This document shows positions 24,912 through 37,985 of a stretch of 64,000 bases of DNA, one piece after another. A model generated the notes under the pieces. It was given only the letters and a program-made list of their open reading frames with translations. It was not told the origin of the DNA and made no database searches. Within the stretch, counting starts at the first letter, position 1. Each line of letters opens with the position of its first letter. A program made the position numbers and the translations under genes. The DNA comes from Okamejei kenojei. Its lineage: Eukaryota. The stretch is from contig CM069137.1 in assembly GCA_035221665.1 (NCBI GenBank), forward strand, positions 43,896,001 to 43,960,000. The letters are read 5' to 3'.

Positions 24912-27589
24912 GTAAGTATGGCCGCTTTGTTGTGATAAGACAAATATTGACTTTCCTCGACTAACTGAACACCTGTCCAAGACAAGCTACTGAGAAATCC
25001 ACACTTTCCGTTTTCCATCGGCAGAATGCACTTTTGTTTTCCTCTGTAATGACACATCCAACATACCAGACCCAGAGTGCTCCAACAGCACAATGTTTCG
25101 CTGAAGAACTAAATCTGTTTTGATCCAGCTTGCTCCATCAGCATGTTACGGTTTTAGTTTAGTGAGTCTTCAGAAATACATTTTTTTGACTGATGAGCCA
25201 GGAGGACTGGCCAGCAATTATTAACTGTGTCCAGAAATACTGCAGAACTACTATCTCAATGTTTAAGAAACATTTAAACAGGTACAGGTTTAGAGGGATA
25301 TGGGCCAAAAGCATGCAGGCGGGACAAGTGTAGACGGGGCATGGCCAGTATTGCTGTGGCTCTTTGCTAGGTGGCCTGAAATGTTAGGGGTAGAAATGAC
25401 ATGGAAGATGGATTGTAAGTTTATTTCCACATGTTCCTATCATTTAAAATAAATGGGCAGTATCCCAATGAATAGTGGGGGATTATTAGCTTCAGGCATG
25501 AAATATCAGCAACATTTGCTTGCCAGGTAGTAAACGGCAAACAATGGCTTGGTTTTATGTAATGCTTTTAATGTAGAATGTGTCCAAGGGTCCAATAGTG
25601 TGATTAAACAAAATCAAGGAAATTGTGGGCATTTTCCTAATGTCTAAAATGTTATGGGGCTCATGTTCTAAAATCCAATTTTCCTGACCATGGATAAAAT
25701 AATTTAGCTGAAATAACTCATTCATGTTGGCATTCTCGACACAAAATCCACCTTTATATATCACTATTAGTTACTGTTAGCTGTGTTATGCAGGTGCTAA
25801 TGATAGATTTGTGCAGGTACCAATCCCCAGTATGTCGCAGCCTCTCTCCTCAGTGTATTATTGATGTAGTTTCTGAATCAATTCATTTATGGTGTGTCTT
25901 GGTACTCTCACAATTTTTTACTAACGATTTAATTGCCAAAAGATCCACTCTTGTTTTTTATTCTCCACTGCACCCTTAACCTGGCTGCTGATGTTGCATC
26001 TGATTTGAAACATCCAAAGTGCCTGTAAATTAGTGCTTGCAGTAACATGGATGAAGTTGCAGTGTGTCAGAGACTAGGTCTGCAATTTTATAGTAGTACT
26101 TAAACATAATAACTTGTCAGAGGTTTAACGATCAACAATTGTACATTTTTAAAATATTTTTTATTTAGTCTTCTTGCTGATTTTTTTTGATTATTTTTTT
26201 TAGGTGGTGCAGTTTACAGCCATTAACCGATTTCCAATTTTAGACCAACAATTTAGCCACATAGCTATTGAGCATGGATTATAAAATAAATATAACTTTC
26301 CAATTAATTAGGTTTATGAAGATTGGCATGTTAATAGTAATGTTTCACTGTATTCTCTATCCCTTAATGGCCCAAGTAAGCTGCATGCACCGCTGAGTTC
26401 CTCCAGCACTTTGTGTTTTTACCATGAGAGAGTTTCTTCATCTGCATATTGGAGATTGAAAAAAGAATGACCATTATTAAGAAGTGAATGATACAAATCC
26501 ATTTTGCAATCTTGATCCTTGTAACCTTTAACAAACAGAATTATGCTGTAAACATAATGATTTAAAGGTCAATAAACTTAATTTATTGCCCTGAGACTAT
26601 AATACAGCTTTCGGAAAAAGCTTTTCTCGTATCATTGCGAAACATTTTCTCATGAAGAGGAGAATCTTGCTGATTCATCTCAAATCAAAATCACCAGCTC
26701 TCACTTACTGAAACTTCAACTCTGCACGAGCAGAGTGAAACAGTCTGAGTTTTCCTGTGTTTGTTCCACGTCTGTCCTTTTGCTTAGCCACTGAACTCAA
26801 CGTAGTTAGAATCAGGAAACCCTGTCTTTAGTGGGGATTCCAGATATGTGAAATAATGGCAATGGATTTAAAAAAAAACAATTTTACTTCAATTTTTTTA
26901 ATTATTTATGGGGGGGAGGGAGGCTTCTTAATTAAATTTGTTTTTTTATTTTAATCATTACTTCTGTTTTAATAGCTTTTAATTCTCACTATCAGAAACA
27001 CATATACACCACTATGTTCCATCCACTGCTTTCTCTCAAAGCATTTTAAGCACATTTCAGGGGCAGTTCACCCCTAGGCTTAATCTCTGGTGAGCCTTGT
27101 CCATCTATTCCAACAGTGCGGAGGGGCAGCAAGATTCATAGTGACTCATTTCCCTTTTGGTTTGCCCCAAAATATCTTAAATTTTTCTTGCTACAAGATT
27201 GCACCTTACTTAGAGCAACTCTCATTTTCCTTTGAAACCGATAAGACCAATGGGAAACCATTAAACCTGCCTCTTCCCCCATTGCAGAAACCACACAAAC
27301 TCAATAGACAAGCTGCAGCATGCAGATTGTGTTTCCACATATTCAGAGTTATGTTATTGACTCATGCTTTATTGACTCGCTGGAATACCTGTAAAGGTGG
27401 GTCTTGCTCTCGTCATCCAAAAACAAATGTGTTCTATCAACTTGCCTCCATTATACAACACTGCTGAAAGACTGTTAAATATGGACAAATTCCCATATCC
27501 TGAGAGCCACCTGCTGGCAAAAGTAGAGGCAGACTTTGTCCATCACCTACTTCGAGCTGACAGAATCTTTGGTCATCTAGTCCACTTTG

Positions 27590-27992
27590 AATGAATGAAT
27601 AAGTTTATGTTTATTGGCCTAGTATTCACATACAAGGAATTTGCCTTGGTGCGCCGCCCGCAAGTGACAGCATGACATACAGTGACAGTTAGGAATGACA
27701 CATAAAACATTAAACATTAATAATAAAACATTATTGATTAAACATGTGAATTAAATAAAATACCAGAGCAAAACAAGGCTACAGATTTTTGGTTATTGAG
27801 TAGAGCTACTACTCGTGGAAAAAAGCTGTTTTTATGCTGGCTGTGGCGGCTTTGACAGTACGGAGTCGCCTTCCAGAGTGAAGTGATTCAAAGAGTTTGT
27901 GGCCAAGGTGAGAAGGGTCAGAGATGGCCCTTGCATTGTACAGTTCGTCAATGGAGGGAAGGTTGCAGCCAATAACCTTCTCAGCAGATCGG
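27590..27992 (-). mobile_element. Rex1/Babar-type LINE 3' fragment
   Basis: VRSAEKVIGCNLPSIDELY...ISDPSHLGHKLFESLHSGRRLR. (ATTC)n tail. Candidate TSD actttg at 27584-27589 and 27993-27998. Confidence 0.75.
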
Positions 27993-29216
27993 ACTTTGGA
28001 GTTTGAAAGGATGAAATGGAGTACTTGGTGAAGAGGGACTGCTCTCAAATGGTCTATGCATTTTGCAGATGGTTCAGAAGCTGGCTATTTCTTCTCAAGG
28101 GTCAATGGTCAACAGTTTGTAAGGGTGGGGATAAAGTGAGTCATTTCAAAGGACAGTCAAGCACGCTTAAATGCCCTGCAGTGCTTACGTAACCGTAGGT
28201 GATTCTGCCTCGTACAGAAGTAGTCGTAAGCAATAATTTGGGACCTTTATTGTGATTCATTTAAATTTAGTTATTCATCTCTGAAGAATTCGTTTTTTAT
28301 TTATTATCAGTTCCGTATAATCCAGTACAGAGCATAATTGAAAATATTGATATGCTCAACACTTAGCAACTACCATTCATCCAACAAGCATATAGGACAA
28401 ACATTTGAATTAAATGATTTTCTTTTTCTATTTTTCTGCTTGAATATTGCTCAACTAATAATACCCTAAGGTGTAATTCCACTCCGAGCCAGATCATTTG
28501 TATGTAAATATCTGCAAGTAGTTCACTGGAGCATAACTACTGAGCCCGAGCCTGTCCCCAGCCAAAGCTGTGGATATGACCTCCTAACCATGCTCTCTGG
28601 CTAGTACTCTGGAGCTGAAACAGCATGATCTTCCTTTCAATTGATAGATTTCAAATACTAAGAGATTAGTGCAGGAAAGTGATGCAATAAGATCACCTAT
28701 GATCTTAATAATAATAATGCATCTTATTTATGGGTGCCTTTCAGAGCGCTCAAGGACACCTTACAAATTAAAACAAGCAAATTACAAATATATAAATAAA
28801 ATGAAACAAAAACAACATATAGAGAGAGCAGCGGTAGCTAATCGCGCCAGCGTTCTCTCTCTTCACTATTGAGCAACTACGAGTGGCCAAATGGTTTAGG
28901 TTTAGATTCATTATTGTCGGGTGTATAGAGATGCAGTAAAAGCTTTGTATTGCATGCTATGAAATCAGTTCAGATAATTTCATAAATAACTGCAATCGTC
29001 GGACTCAATTAAATACAATCAAGTCAAACCAGCACAATAGCTAGAGCAGAGGGGAAGATATAGAGTTCATTATAAAGTTATTGGCTTTGTAGCACACCAG
29101 TTCCAGAGACAAAGTCCAGTGTCCGCAATGCATTAGAGGTGAATGGACTGGGCTACAGCTACAACTCAAACCTATTTCATGTGGTCTTGGGCAGAGTTGT
29201 TCCCAAACCAAGTTTG

Positions 29217-29466
29217 GGGCGGCACGGTGGCACTGCGGTAGAGTTGCTGCCTTACAGCGCCAGAGAGACCCAGGTTCAATCCGGACTATGGGTGCTTGTC
29301 TGTATGGAGTTTGTACGTTCTCCCTGTGACCTGCATGGATTTTCTTTGAGATGTCCGTGTTACTCCAACATTCCAAAGACATACAGTTTGTCGGTTAATA
29401 TCCCTAATGTATGTAGGATAGCGTTAGTGTGCGGACCTGTTTATGCGCTGTATCTCTAAACTAAAC
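29217..29466 (+). mobile_element. tRNA-derived V-SINE (HE1-like)
   Basis: A-box-like ggtggcactgcggtagag, B-box-like ggttcaatcc, V-domain gtctgtatggagtttgtacgttctcc, tail ctgtatctctaaactaaac. Confidence 0.85.
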
Positions 29467-30142
29467 AAGTTGTGATGCAACCCGATATTATGATTTCTAT
29501 GGTAGATCTGTAGAAGTTTGTAAGAGTCATTGGAGGCATGTTGAATTTCCTAAGGAAATTGGTGTGTTCTGCTTCTATCTCCTATGTTCTGTGTTTATTC
29601 TTTCCTTATTCTGGATAGGAATCAGAAGATGTAACAATGTCTTGGAATTCATTTCCCAAAAGAGGGTTGCTAATAAACTTAAAAATAACTTTCAAAAGGG
29701 AATTGGATATCTCAAAAAGAAACTCAGGGCCATGAGAAAAGAGTGGGGTGATTGGAGGTGGGATTGCTTTAATATTTACATGGGCAATTAAGCATTCTAT
29801 TTCAATGATCATTTACAATCAATTAATACAGTAATCCCTGGGGATTGAACAATGAAAAATATTCTCTCATGCTCCCTACTAAAGCTGTTATGCATGCAAG
29901 AGAGTTGGGACCAGTGACTTTTTCTGTATTTGTTACATTTATGATAAACGTGCAATTTTTGTACAGTTGCAAAATGCATTAGATCCATTCTGGTATATTT
30001 GATGTTTATGAAATTGTTTTAATTGACATCCCAAATGGTATTTTGTCCATTAATCTAAATTCATATGTGATTCACCAACTGTCCCATTTCATTTTAGCTG
30101 AATTTTAATCTGATTCTTTCCCATGGTTTATTTCCATTGCAG

Positions 30143-30264
30143 TAAAACCCAACATGGTTCACTAGACCAGAGTTCTCCACCTCAAAGCAGCATGTCTGCC
30201 TCATACAATCAAACAGTCCTGGGGATGTATGATCCCAAAGACGACTTCCCACTCAGAAAAACAG
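30143..30264 (+). CDS. HDAC4: HDAC4 coding exon, serine-rich region up to the first 14-3-3 site
   Basis: Acceptor ttgcag|T and donor ACAG|gtaatg. 122 bp, phase 2 to phase 1. Encodes [40 protein letters not shown]. Confidence 0.93.
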
Positions 30265-30890
30265 GTAATGTTACAATGAAATGCAAAATTTTATAAAGCA
30301 AGTCAAATTTACGCATTTTTCTTACTTTAGGTTTGGAAGCAGAACTTTCTTCCTGCACTATTTTTGTTTGTATTAAGATATTTCAGTTATAACTAGAAAC
30401 AGCAGATCCGGTGGTATCTGACTGGAGTACAAAAATAACACTGGCAGGTGTATTAACTGGATTATCATTGGCTAATGCTGGTATTTTATTGCTCAATTTT
30501 GTCTTTTAAATGCTTTATTGCTCCAGTGGTTAACCTGTAAAGTTCTGACAAAGCAAGGATCTCTTTGTTGCAGTAATTTGCATGTGTGCCAACTGTATAC
30601 TAAATGTCCATAATTTATTGGAATAATAATTCTTAGTGCAAATTACTGTTCTTCATAAAAATATCCTTCTTGTCAATTGTTTACTACAAATGGTCTTGAC
30701 TCCTTTGTTCAATTTTTTAAAATGTTTATGCAGAGGAATCTGATATTCCTTTGCTCCTCAATTTACAGTAAGATACGTTTGTAAATGTAAAAGTGCCTCA
30801 CTTTTTAGAACATGGGTTCTAAATTTGAATTAGTAATCTAGAAGCCTGGATTAATCATTGAGAAAATAAGAATTTGAATCAAATAAAATC

Positions 30891-31207
30891 AGTTTAGGTT
30901 CATTCAGAGATACAGTGCAGAAACAGGCCCTTCGGCACACCGAGTCTGCACCGACCAGCGATCCCCGCACATTAACACTGCCCTACACATACTAGGGACA
31001 GTTTTTACATTTACACCAAGCCAATTAACCAACAAACCTGTACGTCTTGGGAGTGTGGGAGGAAACCGACGATCTCGGAGGAAACCCACGCAGGTCATGG
31101 GGAGAATTTACAAACTCCGTACAGACAGCACCCGTAGTCAGGATCGAACCCGGGTATCTTTGACATTGTAAGGCAGTAGCTCCACATGCTACACCACCGT
31201 GCAGCCC
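30891..31207 (-). mobile_element. tRNA-derived V-SINE (HE1-like)
   Basis: Reverse complement of the 29217 SINE: B-box ggttcgatcc, V-domain, ctgtatctct tail. Confidence 0.85.
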
Positions 31208-32142
31208 AGATAGAGTAATTGAGTGAAACAGTGTGGAAACCGGCCTTTTGGCCCAACGTGCCCACACCGGCCAACATATCCTAGCTGCACTAGCCCGATC
31301 TGCCCACGTTTGGTCCACATCCCTCCAAACCTGTCCTATCCATGTACCTGTATAACTGTTTTAATTGTTGGGATAGTAGTCCCTGCCTCAACTACCTCCT
31401 CTGGCAACTTGTTCCATTTTCCCCACCATCATACGTGTGAAAAAGTTACCCCTCATATTCCTATTAAATCTTTCCCCTTCACCTTAAACCTATGTCCTCT
31501 GGTCTTCGATTCACCTACTCTGGGCAAGAGACTGTGCATCTACCCGATCTATTCCTTTCATGATTTTATATACCTCAATAAGATCACCCCTCATCCTCCT
31601 GCGCTCCAAGATTCCCTGCCTACTCAACCTCTCCCTATATGAGCTATAGGCCCTCTAACCCTGGCAACATCGTTGTAAATCTTCTCTGTACCCTTTCGAA
31701 CTCGACAACATATTTCCTATAACATGGTGTCCAGAACTCAATACTCTAAATGCAGCCTCACCAACGTCTTACACATCTGCAATGTGAGCTCCCAACTTCT
31801 AAATACTCTGACTGATGAAGGCCAATGTGCCAAAAGCCTTTTTGACCACCCTATCTATCTGCGACTCCACCTGCACTCCTCGATCCCTCTGCTCTACAAC
31901 ACTCCCCAGAGCCCGACCCTTCTGTGAAGGTCCTGCCCATGTTAGACATCCAAAAATGCAACACTTCACATTTCTCTGTATTAAATTCCATTAACCATTC
32001 CTCAGCCCACCTGGCCAATCAACCAAGATCCTGCAGCAATTTTTCACAACCATCTTCACTATCTGCAAAACCACCCACTTTTGCATCATCTGTAAACTTG
32101 CTAATCTTGCTGTGTATGTTCTCATCCAAATCATTGATATAG
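31208..32142 (-). mobile_element. CR1 LINE 3' fragment (second subfamily)
   Basis: Minus-strand agcaagtttacagatgatgcaaaagtggg (KF.DD.K), aaatgtgaagtgttgcattt and a CR1-type 3' UTR. Confidence 0.8.
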
Positions 32143-32876
32143 ATGTTTCAGAATTTGAATAATTTATTATTTGAAATATCAAGAGAAAAAAGGCACCATG
32201 AGTTTTTAATTAATTCACTGGGTTACCAATAACTTTCAATGAAAGATTCCTGTAACTCTTATAACGTGGCAATTTCTATGCTCAATTTCTCTGTGGAACT
32301 GAGCAATAGCTGCTTTGCAGTAATTTTAACAGATCTTTTGAAAGCATCACAACTTTCCCCATCACAACTTGAGTAAAGTTACCAGTTAAAATGAGTTTGA
32401 CCTTCTCATAAACGCCTTGTAATATGCACCTGAAGGTTAAAAATAGCATTGATTTTGCTCTTTTTTCATCATTTTGATATTTTGCATTGCCATAACTAGA
32501 TGCTGAATCGCACAGGTCCTCCATCTTTTTGTAAAAAAAATTGAAGGAGGATAGATTAATTCCATTGATTAAACCTCTTAATTACCATTGATTAATACAA
32601 TTGAGACTTGAACCATAGACATATTATCCTTGCTCTGAACATCTGTTCAGATCTGTAGATCATCTGAACAACAAAACTAGCATCTTTCTAACAAACGTAG
32701 ATAACTGTCTTACTGTTTCCTGTTCACAAGAAGCAGGACAAATCCAGTCTGCCAAATACTGTCCCATTTAGCCTGCACTTGCACTTGATCATTAGCAAAG
32801 TGATGTTATTTCTAGTAACAAGCAGCTCTTGCCCATTAGTGCTCCATTTGTGTCTGACGTGGACTCCTCCCCTCCA

Positions 32877-33235
32877 NNNNNNNNNNNNNNNNNNNNNNNN
32901 NNNNNNNNNNNNNNNNNNNNNNNNNNNNNNNNNNNNNNNNNNNNNNNNNNNNNNNNNNNNNNNNNNNNNNNNNNNNNNNNNNNNNNNNNNNNNNNNNNNN
33001 NNNNNNNNNNNNNNNNNNNNNNNNNNNNNNNNNNNNNNNNNNNNNNNNNNNNNNNNNNNNNNNNNNNNNNNNNNNNNNNNNNNNNNNNNNNNNNNNNNNN
33101 NNNNNNNNNNNNNNNNNNNNNNNNNNNNNNNNNNNNNNNNNNNNNNNNNNNNNNNNNNNNNNNNNNNNNNNNNNNNNNNNNNNNNNNNNNNNNNNNNNNN
33201 NNNNNNNNNNNNNNNNNNNNNNNNNNNNNNNNNNN
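32877..33235. other. Assembly gap (N run)
   Basis: 359 N. Confidence 0.99.
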
Positions 33236-35244
33236 ATTGGTGAGATTATTCTGACTGTGCCTCAGACCAAGAAAGCTTTTGACAGTATTGCACTGGGTAA
33301 TCTAGTAAAACTGAAGTCAAAGAAATAGAGGAAAAGGTTCTCCACTGACTGGATTCATAACCAGTACAAAGCAAGATGACCGTTAATGTTTCAAGTCAAA
33401 GACACTTGCACTTTACCCAATTGACTGTTTTTACCTTGTTTTATTTTTTCCACAACTATTTTAAACATAATATTATGATCATTGTTTTTTACATGCTCCT
33501 GTCATTAATAGTACATTTAGACTGACTCATTTTCTGTAAAATTATCCAACAGTGCCAGCTTTTGCGTTGGCTTAGAAATATATTGACACGTCAGAAACTT
33601 TTCTTCTTTTCACCATTTATGTTATGGCCATTCCCGTCTATATATGGTTAGGTTACTTTCCCAATTCTCACTTCTCTATAGTTTAAACACATTTCTGGAT
33701 TTTTAAAATTCAATATCTTCCCATTCATATAGTTGAATTATAGTGAGGCAATATCAAAAACTTGGGATTAAATAGAAGGACAGGCATGAATTTGAATTAT
33801 TCCTGGATGCAAGATTATAGAAAAGACGGGGAGTAGAGGAAAGGTGACTATTGATTAAGGAGAACACTGCAGCACTGGGAGAGATGTCCTGGAAAAATCA
33901 AGGGCAGCATTTATGTTAAGGGGAAGATATTGAATTTAAAAAATCCAGAAATGTGTTTAAATTTTAATCCACAGCACTACTTGGGAGTGTGTTGGTCCCA
34001 ACTTTGTTGAGTTTCCAGACCAGATTGGTCCCAATTCCCTCAAAAACTGGTCCCAAAGCTTCATGAAACCTCTTCCTCTTGCATTATCTCAACAGCTATG
34101 CATTTATTTGTGCAATTCATGACTCAATCAGATGACTTAATCAACATGCTCGATTGCTAGTGTGTTCCATTCCAAGTGTCCTTATTTGAGTTAATGTTAT
34201 GAATTTAGACCAAGATTATTTACGAAGGGCAAAATAATGCCAATTGTCTGAATTTGGTAACCAGATCTCCGAGCAAAGACATAGTGCTCACTCACTGCAC
34301 TAATTGGACTACCTCATTGGACTTAAACAATTTGCATTTTGTAGTGTATTGAAAGCATCATTGTGTTGAAAACATCGAAAATGATACATTGTAGGAAGAC
34401 ATGTTTTAATTATAATTCATCTTTTCCCCTAACATTTCATATTGAGTTGATGGCAGATATTTAATCACTTCACAAACTGGTCCTGTTCTAATCTACATTG
34501 AGGTCTATTTTTGTTTGTGTATAGTCCAGAGATATATTCTAGTATACCAGCACATTAACTACATCCCCTTGTGCTTCTTCAGTTAGACATAGACGACCCC
34601 ATGATAATAATTTGAAGTTATCCCTCGTTTCCAAGTCAATATTTGCAGTTCAATTAACATCATTGAATCACGTTAAGTATTCATTATTTTACAGTTTATG
34701 AGATATTTCTGTGTGTAAGTGGATGGTTAGGTTCCTCCATTGCAACGTTCACTGTGTTTTAAAAATATTTAATTATTTGTTTAAAAAAATGCATTGGGAC
34801 ATAGAGTACTATACGGTGGTGCTATGTTGGTGCAGTCCTGCCTTTTGGTTACATCCTTATCCGTTTGGTTTCTTTGCACATTTGACTTGTAGTTCACAAT
34901 ATCATCAGGTAAGGGTAAGACTTAATCATTAAAATTAAAAAAAAACTCCTCCAATAATGACAGAGTAGGTGGAAAATGCTCAACAGGTCAGTTGCGTTCA
35001 GTGGAAAGAGAAACAGAGTTAATGTTTAAAAGACATTTGTCAGAGCTAGGAAAGAGAGGAAACTCTTAAGTTGCAAAAAGATGGGAAATGGGTGGATAGA
35101 ACAAATGGAATATTTCTGATGGAACAAAGTTAGGATTGCATTGAGCATGTATTTGTTTATTATTGTCTCATGTACTAAGATACAGTGAAAAGTATGTTTG
35201 CACTCTATTGAATTAAATCAGATCATACCATACATGAGTATAAT

Positions 35245-35760
35245 CATTATCCACATTATACTGCCTCTGCCATGCATCTGCCACTCACCCAACCTATCCA
35301 ATTCACCCTGTAGCCTCATAACATCCTCCATACAACACACTGCCACCCAGCTTTGTGTCATCCGCAAACTTGGAGATGTTACATTTATTTCCTTTGTCTA
35401 AATTGTCAATATATATTGTAAGTAACGGGTCCAAGCACTGAACCTTGCGACACCCCACTAGTCACTGCCTGCCATTCTGAAAAGGACCCATTATTCCTAC
35501 TCTTTGCTTCATGTCTGCCCACGAGTTCTCTATCCATGTCAATACCCTACCCCCCAAATACCATGTGCTCTAATTATGCTCACTAATCTCTTGTGTGGAA
35601 CTTTGTCAAAGGCTCTTTGAAAGTCCAGATACATCCACTGGCTCTCCCTTATCCATTCTACTTGTTAAATCCTCAAAAAATTCCAGAAGATTACTCAAGC
35701 ATGATTTCCCTTTCATAAATCCATGCTGACTTTGACCGATTCTGTCAATGCTTCCCAAAT
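35245..35760 (-). mobile_element. CR1 LINE RT fragment
   Basis: Nearly collinear with 17970-18460 (gccacccagctttgtgtcatc, gcctgccattctgaaaaggaccc). Confidence 0.85.
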
Positions 35761-36734
35761 GATGGAATCGCCTTTAAAATGGCAGAAGATTGTCTAATTA
35801 CAGATGTTTTGTGACATTTTGCTATTTTTCCCTATATCACTGATTTGAATACAGCTCAGACTTTCTTAAAAAAGTAAAAAATGGAGGTTCTAGATTTGTT
35901 TTAAGTGCACTGAAGTAGAATTTATAAGGTAGACTTCCTTCAGTTAGTCAAAACCAGCAACATGGTGCTAAATTATAATTTCCTTTCACTGAAAGTATCT
36001 GCAAATTGACACCAATAAGACGCATCAAACTAAATGCAGATTGTAATGTAGCAGCGCATGATAAAGGCTTCATATGGATGGGATGCAAGGCCAGTGATCT
36101 TGGAGCTCAACCTATTCAGTTCTCTTTGGGGAAATGTTGCTATATTTGAATTTATTAAATAAGTGCATACTGTTCTCTAAGCTTGATCAATAAAAATATA
36201 AAACTTGATTAACTCATGCTATTTTATCCATTCCCACACTTAAATTTTGAAATGATGAAAAAGCAAAGCATAAATAAGAATAATTCACCAGTATTTTCTT
36301 TCCTTTGTATGCTAGGCTGTTATAATTAGATGGTAATGTAATTTTAAACCTTCCATCTTGTATAGCTCAAAACCCCAAAGTGACATTCAAACGGTTGATA
36401 TGTCAAAATTCAGCACACACAGAATTAATGCTTTTGATGCCTTGATTAGTTTTGAAGTTTTAACTGGATGGCCAGATGAAATTCCCTCAAATCATAGCTG
36501 GCAATAGTACATACATATGAGTGAACTAAATTCAACAAGGCAAAGGGATGTTAAGCAGTAAAATAATGTCAATATTATTTAAATTAGCTGCTTAAGTTAA
36601 TGTGCCTAACTAGGAAATATATACTGTAACTGCTAGCAGTTCGCTAGTTGAAAATCAAAAATATTTCCAAGTATATTCATTTATTATACAAGACTCTCTT
36701 GACTGTTCTGCCATATTACATGCATGGTGAAATA

Positions 36735-36935
36735 NNNNNNNNNNNNNNNNNNNNNNNNNNNNNNNNNNNNNNNNNNNNNNNNNNNNNNNNNNNNNNNNNN
36801 NNNNNNNNNNNNNNNNNNNNNNNNNNNNNNNNNNNNNNNNNNNNNNNNNNNNNNNNNNNNNNNNNNNNNNNNNNNNNNNNNNNNNNNNNNNNNNNNNNNN
36901 NNNNNNNNNNNNNNNNNNNNNNNNNNNNNNNNNNN
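36735..36935. other. Assembly gap (N run)
   Basis: 201 N. Confidence 0.99.
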
Positions 36936-36969
36936 CTTTTCCCCTCATCCCCGACCACTCCCTCCACTT

Positions 36970-37985
36970 CATGTGTGGGAGGGGAGGGAAGTGGGGTGTC
37001 TGGCAGGGGGGGTGTGGGGTGGGAGGGGAGGATCCGTGTGGACGAGGAGGTATAGGAGGGCGGAGAGGATAGTGTGGGGGGAGGGGGGGGGGTGGCGGCT
37101 GGCTGAGGAAGGGGGGGTGTGGACGGGGAGGTGTAAGGGGGGTTTATGGGGGAGATGTGGGAGAGGGAGGGTTGTCGGGTCGGGGGGGGGGTGTGGGGGG
37201 ATGGGTGTGTGTGGGGGGGTTGTGAGGGTGGGGGAGTTGGCGACGGGATGTGTGTTTTTGGGAGGGGTGTGTGTGTGGTGGTGGGGGGGTGTGGGCATGG
37301 GCGGGGGGGTGGGCAGGAGAGCTTGTGGGGGGCGGTGTGTGTGGGCGGGGGAGGAGTTATGGGGGGAGAGGGTTGTGTGGGCGAGGAGGGAGTGAGCTCG
37401 GTGAAAACACGGGGAAGAGCCATGGGGGAGAGGGGGGCATCACAGGAGAGGGGGGAGGACGCAGCGAGGCAGATCAGAGGGGTAGTGGCTGGAATTGGCG
37501 GTGCGATGGGGACATACTGCGGGCACTGGCTGCTGGTCGTTCTCCTCCGCCCGCATCAGAGTCTCCGATTTCTGTTTGGTGACATCGGCGACATCTCCTA
37601 GGCTGGGCTGGGTCTCCCACGCTGGGCTGGCCTGGGTCGGGTCTCCGACACTGGGCTGCTGCTTGGGGCTGGGCTGCTGCTTGGGGCGGAGCTGGGCTGG
37701 GCTGCTTCGGGTCCCTCCGTAAGTCCGGTTGGAAACCTCCGCCGGCCATCATCAGCTCCTGTAAAGACGTGAGGGCGGAATGACGGGGAAGAGAGTCATC
37801 CTTATTTTAAGATTTTTAAACCTCGCTAACTCTTACAACATTCAACCGATCGGAACGAAACCTGGTGCTTTTCGCAACATAGGAGAACGGTGAGTGAACT
37901 GGTGAAAAGTTGTAGCGCCATCGCGAACCGTTTTTGCGCAAATAGAAAGACCGCCAAACCGGAAGATAACAAGATCAGAGCTTTA
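36970..37985 (-). mobile_element. Helitron-like non-autonomous element, copy with clipped head
   Basis: Reverse-complement homologue of 54830-55633 (aaaccggaagataacaagatcagag; cccagc repeats; G-rich tail). Confidence 0.65.

Noticed and set aside
29217-29290. tRNA gene
   Set aside because: The A/B-box head continues into a V-domain and a LINE-like tail, so it is a SINE. No complete cloverleaf.
32779-33254. ORFs spanning N runs (also near 36648, 47058, 63121)
   Set aside because: Artefacts of translating assembly gaps.
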